Virus record (IMG/VR): IMGVR_UViG_3300015371_000006
Location: 1 to 64,000 of that record
Strand: one strand, 5' to 3'
DNA length: 64,000 nt
DNA from: a virus
Shown here: positions 28,845 to 38,800 of the stretch, one piece after another
Position numbering within the stretch: the stretch's first letter is position 1
How the letters are laid out: each line of letters begins with the position of its first letter
Translations under genes and position numbers: made by a program
The notes under the pieces: generated by a model
What the model was told of the DNA's origin: nothing
The model's input: the letters and a program-made list of their open reading frames with translations, nothing else
Database searches by the model: none

Positions 28845-29225
28845 TCAGGGCTTCAGATCGAGGTCGATCCGAACCTTGTTGGTCGGGGTGCCACGCTGGC
28901 CCTCGATCTCGACAACCCGCCCGAAGGAGATGTTGCCGGAGGACGTCTCGGTGAGGGCGTTCGTGGCAGCGACGATGTAGACGGGGTCGCCCTTGGCGAA
29001 CCCGCTGACCTCGTCGACCTGCACGATGCCCTTCGTGATGAGGAAGTACTCCTCGTCATCGAGGATGTCGTCCTGTAGCGCGACCGTGCTGTCCCAGCCC
29101 GTTGCGCGCTGCTTGACGGCGACGCCCACGAAGCCAGCCTCTTGGGCGGCCTGGCCGTGCGAGATGGTCGCCGACGTCGAGGTGTTCGTGACGTAGACGC
29201 CACGTCCTGGCCTGTTGTAAGGCAT
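28845..29225 (-). CDS. Capsid cement/decoration protein (DUF2190-like)
   Basis: GFVGVAV, FAKGDPVY, FGRVV; between protease and capsid. Confidence 0.78.
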   Translation of the reverse strand: MPYNRPGRGVYVTNTSTSATISHGQAAQEAGFVGVAVKQRATGWDSTVALQDDILDDEEYFLITKGIVQVDEVSGFAKGDPVYIVAATNALTETSSGNISFGRVVEIEGQRGTPTNKVRIDLDLKP

Positions 29226-30469
29226 CAGTCCTTCTCCTCAGTGCTCTTGTTGCCGTATGCCTCGTCGGGATCGATCCCGGCCTCTTCCAGCGCCTCGCGC
29301 CAGTAGGGCTTCTCGGCGGTCTCGGCCGCCGGGCTGTCGCCGTCGGTGTCCGACGGTCCCTGATCCTCGACGCGGGTCGGGTTGGCCTCGGCCATGTGCT
29401 CCCGCGCCTCCTCGATGTCGCGCTCGACGCTCTCGCGCAGCGACGCCATCGCGGTCTTCGTGACCTTCTCGTCCTCGACCGTATCCGTGCGGTCGAGCTT
29501 CGGGGTGGGCTCGCGGCCGTCCATGTCGTACTCACCCTTGAGCCGGGTGGACGTCTTGTCGGGCAGCTTCGCCTCCTCGATGAGCTTGTGCGCCTCGTCC
29601 TTCATGTCGCGGAGGGCGAGTTGGCGGTGCGCCTCAGCGGATGCCTCGTTACGGGCCTCCTCACGCGCCTCCTCCAGCTCGCGCTCGTGGCGCTCGCGCT
29701 CCTCGGTCATCTTTTCTTCGACCAGGCTGTTGGCCCGATCCTCGACCAGCTCCTTGACGGCTCGCGAGACTCCGCTGTCCGGGTCGCGCAGCGCCTCTTC
29801 CAGCTGCTTCACGCTGTCGCCTCCTTCGGCGTCGTTGTCCTCGTCTGCCGCCTCGGCCACTTCGGCCTCCTCGGCGTCTTCATCGGGGGAATCGACTTCG
29901 TCGACCATCGCCTCGATGAGGTTGGCTACGCGACCTCCCGCGCCGCCCTCTGACACCCAATCCACCGAGCCCGGAGGCTGGCTTCGGATGCCCTCTACCA
30001 CCCACACCTGTTCGCCATCCTCGATGCTCTCGTGCACGTCGGTGGCCTTGGCGCGGATTGAAGCTTCCAGCAGGTGGGGGTCTTCCTCGATGAGCTTCTT
30101 GACCTGGCCCACGGGCTTGACGGTTGCGACCACAGCGCCCTTGCCGAAGCGGCCCGACGCCGGGACGCTGTCGTCCCACTTGCTCTCGATGATCCGGCCC
30201 CCCAGGTCACGGATCGAACGCGGGAGCCCCCCGGCGGCCTTCTTGGCCTCCGGCGACTGGTGATCGATGTACATCTTCCAGCCGGTGAAGACGTCGGCGT
30301 TCTCCCGCAGCATCTCCGCGCTGTACTTGTGACGCCCGCGCCCCTGCCCGACGGTCGGGCGGATGACGTGGATCAGGACATTGCCTTCAGCGTCGAGACC
30401 AGCGGGGCGGGAGGCCAGCGCCTCCTGCAGCTCGAAAGCCTCGCGCGGGGGGGTTGCCGTAGCGCTCAT
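29225..30469 (-). CDS. Prohead protease / scaffold fusion
   Basis: Y....LR, MYIDH, RSIRDLGG, SIRA, SVDWVSEGGAGGR protease motifs followed by an acidic coiled-coil. Confidence 0.82.
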   Translation of the reverse strand: MSATATPPREAFELQEALASRPAGLDAEGNVLIHVIRPTVGQGRGRHKYSAEMLRENADVFTGWKMYIDHQSPEAKKAAGGLPRSIRDLGGRIIESKWDDSVPASGRFGKGAVVATVKPVGQVKKLIEEDPHLLEASIRAKATDVHESIEDGEQVWVVEGIRSQPPGSVDWVSEGGAGGRVANLIEAMVDEVDSPDEDAEEAEVAEAADEDNDAEGGDSVKQLEEALRDPDSGVSRAVKELVEDRANSLVEEKMTEERERHERELEEAREEARNEASAEAHRQLALRDMKDEAHKLIEEAKLPDKTSTRLKGEYDMDGREPTPKLDRTDTVEDEKVTKTAMASLRESVERDIEEAREHMAEANPTRVEDQGPSDTDGDSPAAETAEKPYWREALEEAGIDPDEAYGNKSTEEKD

Positions 30470-30514
30470 GCCCCGGAGGGTAAGGGCATCCGAGCGGCCC
30501 GTTCCAAATGGACT

Positions 30515-31003
30515 TTAGTTGCGGCGGGTCGCCACGGTGAGCGCGCTTCGCATGCTCTCGGCGACCGGCCCGCCGGGCTCGGCGCTGACCCAGGTGCCCA
30601 GGCCCACGCCGTCGTCGGTGCGCAGCACCAGGGCGTCCCATGCCTCCAGGGTCTCGGTGCTGCCGACGACGACGGTGACGTGCTCGGTGCGGTCGGGGTG
30701 CTCGGCGGGCCGAGGCCCGATCCCGAGCAGCGCCTTGCGGTTGGCCTCGGCGTCATCGAGCTGGTAGCTCATCTGAACCCGTGCGGCGAAGTGCGCCCGC
30801 TCATGGACGATCATCGCGGCCAGCTGCGGGAGCGCTTCGTGCTCGGCCAGCTTGCCCTCCAGGGGCACGATGCCGAGCCCGCGCGGGGTGTCGAGGAGCA
30901 GGGTCGGCATCCAGTCGTCCTCGGGTCCGAGCGTCGAGCCGATCCGCGCGACCGAGCCGAGGACGAAGCCGCGCCAGACCTCCAGGGTCATCGGGTCGTC
31001 CAT
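30515..31003 (-). CDS. Hypothetical protein
   Basis: Start MDDPMT (TGATG overlap); DDWMPTLLL motif. Confidence 0.6.
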   Translation of the reverse strand: MDDPMTLEVWRGFVLGSVARIGSTLGPEDDWMPTLLLDTPRGLGIVPLEGKLAEHEALPQLAAMIVHERAHFAARVQMSYQLDDAEANRKALLGIGPRPAEHPDRTEHVTVVVGSTETLEAWDALVLRTDDGVGLGTWVSAEPGGPVAESMRSALTVATRRN

Positions 31004-31227
31004 CAGATGCCCTTCAGCCCGCTGCGGCGAAGCTGCGCGCGGAGGTTCTTGACCGAACGGTGGTCGCTCGGGCTGATCGGCGCGACGACCATGTGCTTGC
31101 CGTCGGGGCTCATCATCTTGATGTGGCCGTTGCCCTTGCGCATCCTCCACTTCGCCTTCCACGCGATCTTGATCAGCTTGTCGACCTCCCGGCAGGCTGC
31201 CTTCGGCCGCTTGGTCTGCGCCGTCAT
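31003..31227 (-). CDS. HicA-like mRNA interferase fold protein
   Basis: 74 aa, basic; W...KGNGHIKMMSPDG..VVAPISPSDHR..KN. Confidence 0.65.
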   Translation of the reverse strand: MTAQTKRPKAACREVDKLIKIAWKAKWRMRKGNGHIKMMSPDGKHMVVAPISPSDHRSVKNLRAQLRRSGLKGI

Positions 31228-32162
31228 GACAGCAGCTCCAGCTTGCAGTCGTCGGCGGGCTTGTCGGGGCGGCGCTTCTTGAACTGGGGGTGGCGGAAGC
31301 CGCCGGTCGGCATCTGCCCCATGTGCGCGACCTCGACGACGGTGCCGATCCAGGCGTCCGGGTTCTTGGTCATCGCCTCGCGGGTCTTCATGTCCATCCC
31401 GCTGCAGCGCCCGGCCTCGACCAGGTTGCCGTCGGCGTCGTGCGCGCCGAAGATGATCGCGCCGACCATCCCAGCGAAGCCGTTCTCGCCCGGCTTGAAG
31501 CCCATGACGATCACGTCGATGGTGTCGGCGGGCTTGATCTTCGTCCAGCCTGCTCCGCGCTTGCCGCTCGCGTAGCGCGCGCGGGTGTCCTTGATGACGA
31601 GCCCTTCGAAGCCCTGCGCGAGGACCGCGTTGAGGCTCGCCTCGGTCGGCTTGACCTGCGGGATCAGGATCGTCCGCTTGAGGTCGGTCTGCGCGAAGAG
31701 GCTTTCGAGCAGCGCCCTGCGCTTCGCGTAGGGCAGCCGCCTCGCGTCGATCCCGTCGAGCGCGATCAGGTCGAAGACCATCAGGCTGATCTTGTCGCGC
31801 GTCGCCTTCGGCTTCGCGCTGCCGCCGCCGAAGGCGCTCTGCGCGATGCCCCACTCGTAGGCGATCTTGCCGTCCTGCATCGTCATGCCGACCGCCTCGC
31901 AGTCGAGCCATGTTCCTGCGGGGAGCCGCTCGGCCAGCTCGGCCTCGTGCTCGGGCAGGCAGCCGGTGTATGCCTTGGCGGTCCGGCTGTAGAGGTGGAC
32001 GCCGTCGTCGGCGATGTGCACGAGCATCCGCCAGCCGTCTAGTTTCGGCTCGGCGGTGAAGTGCGGGGCTGCGTATGGCGCAAGCCCTTGAACCTTCGGG
32101 GCCTCGGCGTTCTGCGCCAGCTTCTCGGCGCTTGTCGGGGCGGTGGTGGTCAGCGTGGTCAT
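31224..32162 (-). CDS. ATP-dependent DNA ligase (minimal: adenylation plus OB domain)
   Basis: EPKLDGWR (motif I), LDCE, FDLI, FEGLVIK, WTKIK, FRHPQF..RRPDK; start MTTLTT. Confidence 0.93.
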   Translation of the reverse strand: MTTLTTTAPTSAEKLAQNAEAPKVQGLAPYAAPHFTAEPKLDGWRMLVHIADDGVHLYSRTAKAYTGCLPEHEAELAERLPAGTWLDCEAVGMTMQDGKIAYEWGIAQSAFGGGSAKPKATRDKISLMVFDLIALDGIDARRLPYAKRRALLESLFAQTDLKRTILIPQVKPTEASLNAVLAQGFEGLVIKDTRARYASGKRGAGWTKIKPADTIDVIVMGFKPGENGFAGMVGAIIFGAHDADGNLVEAGRCSGMDMKTREAMTKNPDAWIGTVVEVAHMGQMPTGGFRHPQFKKRRPDKPADDCKLELLS

Positions 32163-32169
32163 CGGGAAC

Positions 32170-32291
32170 CTCCTTGGTCGGTGCTTCAGATCATAGCACA
32201 CCCTAGCTACGATCTGTAGCGCGCTCCCGGTCCGCCCCGTTGCGGGGTGTGCTATCATGTGTAGCAGTTGTTCCCGACCAGGAGGTTCCCG
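32170..32291. promoter_or_regulatory. Divergent promoter region with three GCTA(C/T)-N5-GTAGC-like palindromes and two CCGACCA leader motifs
   Basis: Palindromes at 32183-32197, 32206-32220 and 32251-32265; extended -10 elements TGcTATGAT (-) and TGcTATCAT (+). Confidence 0.75.
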
Positions 32292-32723
32292 ATGAGCCCT
32301 CGCTCTACCTTCACCGTCCGCTTCTCCGACGCCGCGTATCAGCTCGTCTCCGAGGAGTGCCGTCAGGCCCGCGCCGTCGCGCGGGAGTTCCGCTTCGACC
32401 CGCCCCGGTCGCTGACCAACGCGATCCGGCAGGCCCGCGCGTACCGCGAGGCCGGGGTCGAGGTGCTCTACGTCTACGAGCAGGCGTGGCAGCGCTGCGG
32501 GTCCATCCAGGGCCTCGGCTCGATGGAGGAGCAGGTCGGGCCGACCCGCTACTTCGACCTCGACCGCTCCGAGTTGTCGTCCGACGAGCGCCACCTGCGC
32601 GACTACCACTCCCGCCGGGCGTGGCTGAAGACGACGGCGGTCCGTTGGGGCGACGGCTCGACCCGGCGCGGCAAGCTGCTCGCGCTGCAGGTCGAGTACC
32701 GGACGCTCGGGTTGGAGGTCTGA
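32292..32723 (+). CDS. Hypothetical protein
   Basis: AGGAGG RBS and promoter upstream; start MSPRST. Confidence 0.7.
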   Translation: MSPRSTFTVRFSDAAYQLVSEECRQARAVAREFRFDPPRSLTNAIRQARAYREAGVEVLYVYEQAWQRCGSIQGLGSMEEQVGPTRYFDLDRSELSSDERHLRDYHSRRAWLKTTAVRWGDGSTRRGKLLALQVEYRTLGLEV

Positions 32724-32724
32724 G

Positions 32725-32997
32725 ATGGCCTCCGATCCCCGCCACCCGCTCGCCCTTCCCGACTCCCCGCTCGCCTGCGTGGTCTGCGAAGGCTTCGGCT
32801 CCGTCTACGTCGACGGGTCCGGCTGCAACGACTACGACTGCGGCGCGTGCGATGCGCTCGGCTTCCACGCCGACCGCGTGACCGCGTTGCAGGTCGAGGC
32901 GCTGTTGGAGGACGAGGCGCGCACCGAGGATGCGTGGCTCGCCGCCGAGGAGGCTTATCTGTTGTCCGTCAACCCGACCGAGGAGGTTCTGTCATGA
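32725..32997 (+). CDS. Small CxxC-CxxC zinc-binding protein
   Basis: CVVCEGFG...CGACDALG. Confidence 0.6.
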   Translation: MASDPRHPLALPDSPLACVVCEGFGSVYVDGSGCNDYDCGACDALGFHADRVTALQVEALLEDEARTEDAWLAAEEAYLLSVNPTEEVLS

Positions 32998-33245
32998 ACG
33001 CCCCCACTCATTTCGAGGTCAGCCCCGAGGACGGCTCGGCCTACTACGTCATCCCCGCCAACGACCTGTTCCCCGACACCCTCATCCAGGTGCCGCTCGA
33101 CTCTGAGGGCGCGCCGCTGTTTGAGGCGTCCGACGACGACACGTTCTTCGGCGGCGGCGAGGTCGATTGGGCTCGCGGTTTCGAGGACGATGCCGACCGG
33201 GATCGCGTCCAGGCGATCTTCGAAAGGCTGCGGGCCGGTGTTTGA
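32994..33245 (+). CDS. Small acidic hypothetical protein
   Basis: Start MNAPTH with GAGGAGG RBS and CCGACC motif. Confidence 0.65.
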   Translation: MNAPTHFEVSPEDGSAYYVIPANDLFPDTLIQVPLDSEGAPLFEASDDDTFFGGGEVDWARGFEDDADRDRVQAIFERLRAGV

Positions 33246-33393
33246 GCGGCCCGTCCACTTCCTGATCTTCCTCGCGGTGTTCTCTGCGCCCGTCGTGCTG
33301 ATCGCGCGGGTGCAGGGGCTGCCGTGGTGGCAGATCGGGGCGTGCTTCGCCGTTGCCGTCGTGCTCGTCGGCCTCCGGCGTTCCGTCCGCTGA
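33238..33393 (+). CDS. Small two-helix membrane protein
   Basis: FLIFLAVFSAPVVLIA and WWQIGACFAVAVVLVGL. Confidence 0.5.
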   Translation: MFERPVHFLIFLAVFSAPVVLIARVQGLPWWQIGACFAVAVVLVGLRRSVR

Positions 33394-33438
33394 TGTGCTA
33401 CAGTCTGTAGCTCCAGTTCCCGACCAAGGAGGCCCCTC

Positions 33439-34287
33439 ATGCGAGGCACCCACTCTCAGTTGATCGTCACCACGACCGTCGATGAAGCGACGGGCTCCGA
33501 GGTGCCGCTGTTCCATTTCCCCGTCCAGATCTGCAAGGCCACGTCGGATGCGTCGGAGGTCAAGTTCGACCGCGCCGCTCCGTCGGGCGGCGAGTTGACC
33601 CGGCAGGAGATCGACTCCGTGACCGGCGAGGTCGTCGCGTCCGAGGACGTGCTGCGCGGTGTGCGGACCGGGGATTCGTTCTCCACGATCCCGGCCGAGA
33701 AGATCGCCGAGATCACCGACGCGACCAAGCTCGATGACGTGCGCGTGATCGACACGGTCGAGTTGGACGCGGTCCCGCGTGATCGCGGTGTCGCCCGGTA
33801 CTTCCTGCAGTCGCCCGCCAAGGGCGGGTCGCCGCAGGCGTTCCGGCTCACCTACGAGGCGCTGCTCCCGGCGAAGAAGAAGGGCTCGACGCCCGCTCGC
33901 CCGGCGCTTGCGCTGAAGGTGAAGTTCGGCGGCACGACCCGGCAGAAGTTCGGCATCGTCTACGCCGACGTGGCGACCGAGTCGCTGATCCTGCAGCAGC
34001 TGGTGTTCGGCGCGCAGGTCCGCGAGGCCGACGAGCAGGTCCGCTCGCACCTCGCCGTCCAGGTCGAGGAGCCGATGATCGCCAAGGTGCGGGCCGTGCT
34101 CGACGGGATGCTCGACGAGTCTGCGGACTTCGACGAGCCCGCCGATGATCTGATCCCCGCCCGCGAGGCGCTGATCGAGATCGCCCTGTCCGGGCAGGCC
34201 ATCCCGGCTCCGGTCGCCGAGGCCGAGGTCGCCGCGACCGACAACGTCGAGGCTGCCCTTGAGGCGAGCCTCGCCGCGCTCGCCTAG
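33439..34287 (+). CDS. ku: Ku protein (non-homologous end joining)
   Basis: PVQICKAT...VKF, DSVTGEVVASEDVLRG, RYFLQ, AFRLTYEAL, LVFGAQVR, LEASLA match prokaryotic/phage Ku. Confidence 0.82.
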   Translation: MRGTHSQLIVTTTVDEATGSEVPLFHFPVQICKATSDASEVKFDRAAPSGGELTRQEIDSVTGEVVASEDVLRGVRTGDSFSTIPAEKIAEITDATKLDDVRVIDTVELDAVPRDRGVARYFLQSPAKGGSPQAFRLTYEALLPAKKKGSTPARPALALKVKFGGTTRQKFGIVYADVATESLILQQLVFGAQVREADEQVRSHLAVQVEEPMIAKVRAVLDGMLDESADFDEPADDLIPAREALIEIALSGQAIPAPVAEAEVAATDNVEAALEASLAALA

Positions 34288-34310
34288 CGAGCAACCGCAT
34301 CGCATCCGAG

Positions 34311-34339
34311 CGACGGCCCCGCCTTGCGCGGGGTCGTCG
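34311..34339. terminator. Hairpin terminator after ku
   Basis: cgacggccccgc-cttgc-gcggggtcgtcg followed by tcgtctt. Confidence 0.6.
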
Positions 34340-34382
34340 TCGTCTTGTGGTCCCGCCGTCGGGGCGTGCCACCATTCACGCG

Positions 34383-34592
34383 ATGAGCCGCGACCGGGTG
34401 TTTCTCTACGTGCTCGGCGCGCTGTTCGGGTTCATGATCATGTTCGGGGCCGGGGCCATCATCGTGTCGCTGATCCGCGACCCGACCGAGGTGGTGACGC
34501 TGCGCGTCGTCGGTGCGCTGGCGTCGATGTTCTCGGCCGTCGTCGGCCTGATCCTGGGCTACCTGGTCGGGCGCAACGGCAACGGCGGCTAG
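34383..34592 (+). CDS. Small two-TM membrane protein
   Basis: MSRDRVFLYVLGALFG...AVVGLILGYLVG. Confidence 0.55.
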   Translation: MSRDRVFLYVLGALFGFMIMFGAGAIIVSLIRDPTEVVTLRVVGALASMFSAVVGLILGYLVGRNGNGG

Positions 34593-34732
34593 GCCAGCGC
34601 GCAGATGGCGAGCGCGAGGCCGAGCAGGAAGGTCAGCAGTCCGAACGGTCCGGCCTGATCGCCCGCGCCGCCCGCGACCATCAGCAGGTAGCCGACGAAG
34701 CCGACGAGGTAGAGGATCGCGAGCGCCGTCAT
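34589..34732 (-). CDS. 47-aa membrane protein (not in the ORF track)
   Basis: MTALAILYLVGFVGYLLMVAGGAGDQAGPFGLLTFLLGLALAICALA; starts directly after the ssb stop. Confidence 0.5.
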   Translation of the reverse strand: MTALAILYLVGFVGYLLMVAGGAGDQAGPFGLLTFLLGLALAICALA

Positions 34733-35185
34733 CTAGAACGGGATGTCGTCGTCGCTGCCGGTGACCTCGCCGCCGCCGGTCGCCGGGGGCAGGTCGGCGG
34801 TGTCGGCGGGCACGTCGGAGGTCTGTCCGCTCGCGCCGCTGCCGCCCGCTTCGTTGGGCTTGCCGCCGAGGAAGATCACGTCGTGCGCGACGATCTCGAC
34901 CGCCTGGCGCTTCGTCCCGTCCTTGGCCTCCCACTCGCGCCACTCCAGCCGTCCCTGCAGGCCGACCTTGCGGCCCTTCGCCAGGTACTCAGCGGCGTTC
35001 TCGCCCTGCTTGCCCCACACGGTCACGTCGAAGTAGTTGGGCTTGTCCACCCAATCGTTGCCCTCCTTGCGGCGGGTGTTGCTCGCCACGCGCATGTTGC
35101 AGACGGGGGTGCCGCCTCCGGTGTGGCGCAGCTCGGGGTCGCGGGTGAGATTGCCCGTCAGGACGACGGTGTTCAGCTCAGGCAT
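34733..35185 (-). CDS. ssb: Single-stranded DNA-binding protein
   Basis: LNTVVLTGNLTRDPELR, WGKQGENAAEYLAKG, C-terminal DDDIPF. Confidence 0.96.
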   Translation of the reverse strand: MPELNTVVLTGNLTRDPELRHTGGGTPVCNMRVASNTRRKEGNDWVDKPNYFDVTVWGKQGENAAEYLAKGRKVGLQGRLEWREWEAKDGTKRQAVEIVAHDVIFLGGKPNEAGGSGASGQTSDVPADTADLPPATGGGEVTGSDDDIPF

Positions 35186-35220
35186 CGAGGCCTCCTTGGT
35201 CGGGTAACGATGCCAGGAGG

Positions 35221-35517
35221 CTACCGCACAGCGCGGCGGCGGGCGAGTGCTCGGGCGGCTTTCTCTGCCACGGTCTGTAGCGATCCGTTGGCCGCAGCGA
35301 GGCACTCGGCTTCGCTGTCGGTGAGGTAGATCTCAACGCCCGCCCGGCGTGAGCGCGGGCGCTTCGGGTTCGGTCTGCCGCTCGGGTAGGGCAGCGGCAG
35401 GCCCTCATGCTCCAGGCGGGTTTTCTCTGCCCGGCAGCTGGAGCCACAGGCGTGGGCGTCCACGCGCTTGCCGGTGATGTCGCCGCCACAGATGACGCAG
35501 ATGCGGGCCTGCTTCAT
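35221..35517 (-). CDS. Small zinc-finger protein
   Basis: CVICG...DAHACGSSCR. Confidence 0.55.
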   Translation of the reverse strand: MKQARICVICGGDITGKRVDAHACGSSCRAEKTRLEHEGLPLPYPSGRPNPKRPRSRRAGVEIYLTDSEAECLAAANGSLQTVAEKAARALARRRAVR

Positions 35518-35837
35518 CCCAGCTGCGGTCGGACGCGCAGGACTTGCTTGCTCGGGAAGGTCTTGCGAACGCCGTTGGGGAAGGTGACCTCCACCTCGCT
35601 GTCGTAGAGCCCCGGTGTGTCCAGGTCGTCGTTGCCCCAGGGCACGGTCGCGCGGTTGCTGTCCACGACGGGCACGTCGCAGGTGACCGTGACGGCCTTG
35701 ACCCCCTCGCGCTGGTCGATTCGGAACACGACCGTTGAGCCGTCGACCAGCGGAACGGGGCCGTTGATGTCTGAGACCTCGATCTCCATCGGCTGGGTGT
35801 CGCCCTGGGTGAGTTCCACAACGGTCGCGTCAGCCAT
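35514..35837 (-). CDS. BppU N-terminal-like structural protein
   Basis: QGDT, PVPL.G.TV.F, W...DLDTPGLY.SEVEVTF..G..KTFP. Confidence 0.65.
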   Translation of the reverse strand: MADATVVELTQGDTQPMEIEVSDINGPVPLVDGSTVVFRIDQREGVKAVTVTCDVPVVDSNRATVPWGNDDLDTPGLYDSEVEVTFPNGVRKTFPSKQVLRVRPQLG

Positions 35838-35846
35838 GCCGGAACC

Positions 35847-38800
35847 CTAGCCCGGCTGGCGGATGCGCACAACAGCGCGGTCGTCGATGAGCCCCGCCTG
35901 GGCGGCGGTGTCCTGCGCGCGGGCGCGCGCGCGGGTGTCGATCAGCAGCGCCAGGGCGTTGACCGCCGCCACCATCCGCATCGTCAGCTCGCCCTCCACG
36001 GTCGGGGAGGTGATCGTGGTGAGGATCAGGGCGGCGGTGGTGGCCTGCGCTGCGGCCTCGGCCAGCAGCAGCGTCGTGGGCCCGCTGAGCGTGAGCTGCG
36101 CGTCCGACTGAGCTGCGGCGTGCAGCAGCAGCTTCAGGACCAGGGCGAGCGCCGCCGTCGACTCGCCGTTGGCCGCCGCCAGCACCACGGTCGCGGCCAC
36201 GCCGAGCTGCAGGTCGGCGTCCGAGGTCGCGGTCGCGTCGCTCAGCAGCAGGTCGGCGGCGACGCTCAGCCTCGCCGTTGCGTCGCTCAGGGCGGTCGCG
36301 GGGGCGAGGATCACGGTCGTCGGCGCGGTGATGGCCAGGGAGCCCGACGAGGTCGCAGCGGCGCTCAGATCGACGAACGTCGGCGCGGTGGTGAGTGCGA
36401 GGCTCGCGGTGGACTGGCCTGCAGCCGTCAGCGTCAGCCGCGCCGGGGCGGTGAGCGTCAGGCTCGCGCTCGACGTTGCGGCCGAGCTGCCGAGTGCCAC
36501 CAGGCCGGGCGCGGTCAGCGCCAGGGTGGCCGACGAGCTGCCCGCCGTCGACAGGGTGAGGTACGGGACCGTGTCGGTCTGCACGAACAGCGTCGCGTTC
36601 GACTGGGCGCTCGCCGCGTCGAGCTGCACATAGGTCTGCGCGCGCAGAGCGAGGCTCGCCGCCGAGCTGCCTGACGTGCTCAGCGTCAGCAGCGCCGGAG
36701 CTGTCAGCGCCAAGGTTGCTGAGCTGCTCACCGTCGAGCTGCCGAGCTGCACCGTGGTCGGGGCGCTCAGCGCGAGGGTTGCCGAGCTGCTCGCGGCGGC
36801 TGGGTCCAGCGCCACCTCGGTCTTCGCGGTGAGCTGCAGGGTCGCGGCCGAGGCTGCCGCCGACGACAGCGAGAGGTACGGCACGGTGTCGCTCTGCACG
36901 AAGCACGTCGCCGAGGACTGAGCGTTGGCCGGGTCGAGCGGGATTACCGTCTGCGCGGTGAGGGCCAGCGTCGCGCTGCTTTGCGCGGCTGCCGTGCCGA
37001 GCGGCAGGATGGCCGTCGCCGTCAGGGTCAGCGCAGCGGTGCTCTGTGCTGCGGCGGGGTCGAGGGGCACGGTGGTCGGTGCGGTCAGCGCGAGAGTGGC
37101 GCTGCTCTGCGCGGCCGCCGTGCCGAGCGGCACATAGGTCTGGGCGGTGAGCGCAAGGCTCCCCGTCGACGTCGACGCCGCCGTGCCGAGCACCACGCGG
37201 GCGGCCGCCGAGAGCGCGAGCGTTGCTGAGGACTGCGCCGCAGCCGTGCCGAGCGCCACCGTGGCCGGGGCGGTGAGTGCCAGGGTGGCCGCCGACTGCG
37301 CCGTGGCCGTGCCGAGGGCCACGCGGGTCTGCGCCGTCAACGCCAGGGTGGCACTCGATACCGCCGCCGAGGTGCCGAGCGGGATCTGCGTCTTCGCGGT
37401 GAGCGCCATCGTCGCGCTCGATTGCGCCGTGGAGGTCAGCGTCAGCAGAGCCGGTGCGGTGAGCGTCAGCGTCGCGGTCGAGGTCGCTGCCGCCGTGCCC
37501 AGCGTCAGCAGTGCCGGTGCGGTGAGGGCGAGGGTCGCCGAGGACTGTGCGGCTGCGCTGCCAAGCGCCACCGTCGTCTTCGCCGAGAGCGCGAGCGTGG
37601 CCGAGGACTGGGCGGCGGCCGCGCCGAGCGCGATGGTCGTCTGCGCGGTGAGCGCGAGGGTGGCACTCGACTGCCCGTCGCTCGCCCCCAGCGGGATGAT
37701 CGGGATGGTCGCCGGGATGGTGAGCGCGAGAGTGGCCTGCGCCCTTCCCAGGGTGGGGGTGCCCTGCAGCTCGCCGACGTGAACGTCATCGATGCTCTGC
37801 GCCCCGAAGACGCCGACATAGGCGCGCACCGTGGTCACCGACGAGGTGACCGACTTGCTCAGCACGACCGTCCACGTCGAGCTGGCGGCGGGCTTGTACC
37901 AGACGGTTGCGTCGCCGTTGGCCTCCAGCGAGACGCCGATCTGATCGCCGAGGGACAGCGGGTTGTCCTCGGTGCCGACGCCGTAGCCGTCGGCCGTCCC
38001 GGCCTCGTATGCGTTGACCTGGTACGGAAGGTCGGTGGGCTGGCCGGTCCAGGTGCCGGGCGCGATCTCGACCTCGACGCCGACGTTTGAGTTGCTCGCG
38101 TCGACGATCCCGAAGTACGACCAGATGGTCGGCTCCAGCTCGTCGCCGAGGGTGAAGAAGATCCCCGCCGGGGCGGTGAGGTCGTGCGGCCAGAGGGCGG
38201 CGGAACCGTCCTGCAGGTCGCTGATCGAGTGCAGTTCGTTGCCGCGAATCTCGGCCAGCGTCACCGGGTAGGCGCTGCCCGGCACACTGTCCCATCCAGC
38301 AGGGGGCGATTCGTCGGCGCGATTGAAGTCGTCGACCAGGGGCAGGCGGGCGAAGTCGTCAGCCTCGGTGGCCCCGTTCAGCGTCAGGATCGCCGGGGCG
38401 GTGAGTGCCAGAGTTGCCGAGGACGTGGCCGCTGAGGTGCCCAGCGCCACCTTCGTGGCAGCGGTCAGGGCCAGGGTCGCGCTCGACTGGGCGGCGGCGG
38501 TACCCAGGGCCACCGTGGTCTTCGCCGTCAGCGCCAGGGTGGCGCTGGAGGTGGCCTGGCTGCTTTGCAGCGGGATCGTGGTCTGCGCGGTGAGCGCGAG
38601 GGTCGCGTTGCTGAGCGCGTCGGCCTGCCCGAGCACCACCTTTGCCGGGGCCGTCAACGCAAGGGTGGCGCTCGATTGCGCCGTGCTGGTCGCCAGCGAC
38701 ACCGGAGCCGGGGTCGCCAGCGCCAGGGTGGCGGCCGCGACCGCGCCGCTGGCCTGCGGGAAGATCCAGGCCGACGACTCGTAGGTCCACGGGCTCGGGC

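Noticed and set aside
28879-28888. CCGACCAA copies inside coding regions (also near 23142 and 62580)
   Set aside because: They are not adjacent to a start codon or are in the wrong orientation, and can be explained by Pro-Thr-Asn codons or chance.
35900-38740. ~63-bp periodic repeats that might be a CRISPR array or DGR repeats
   Set aside because: The repeats are degenerate, in frame and protein-coding; there are no unique spacers, cas genes or reverse transcriptase in the window.
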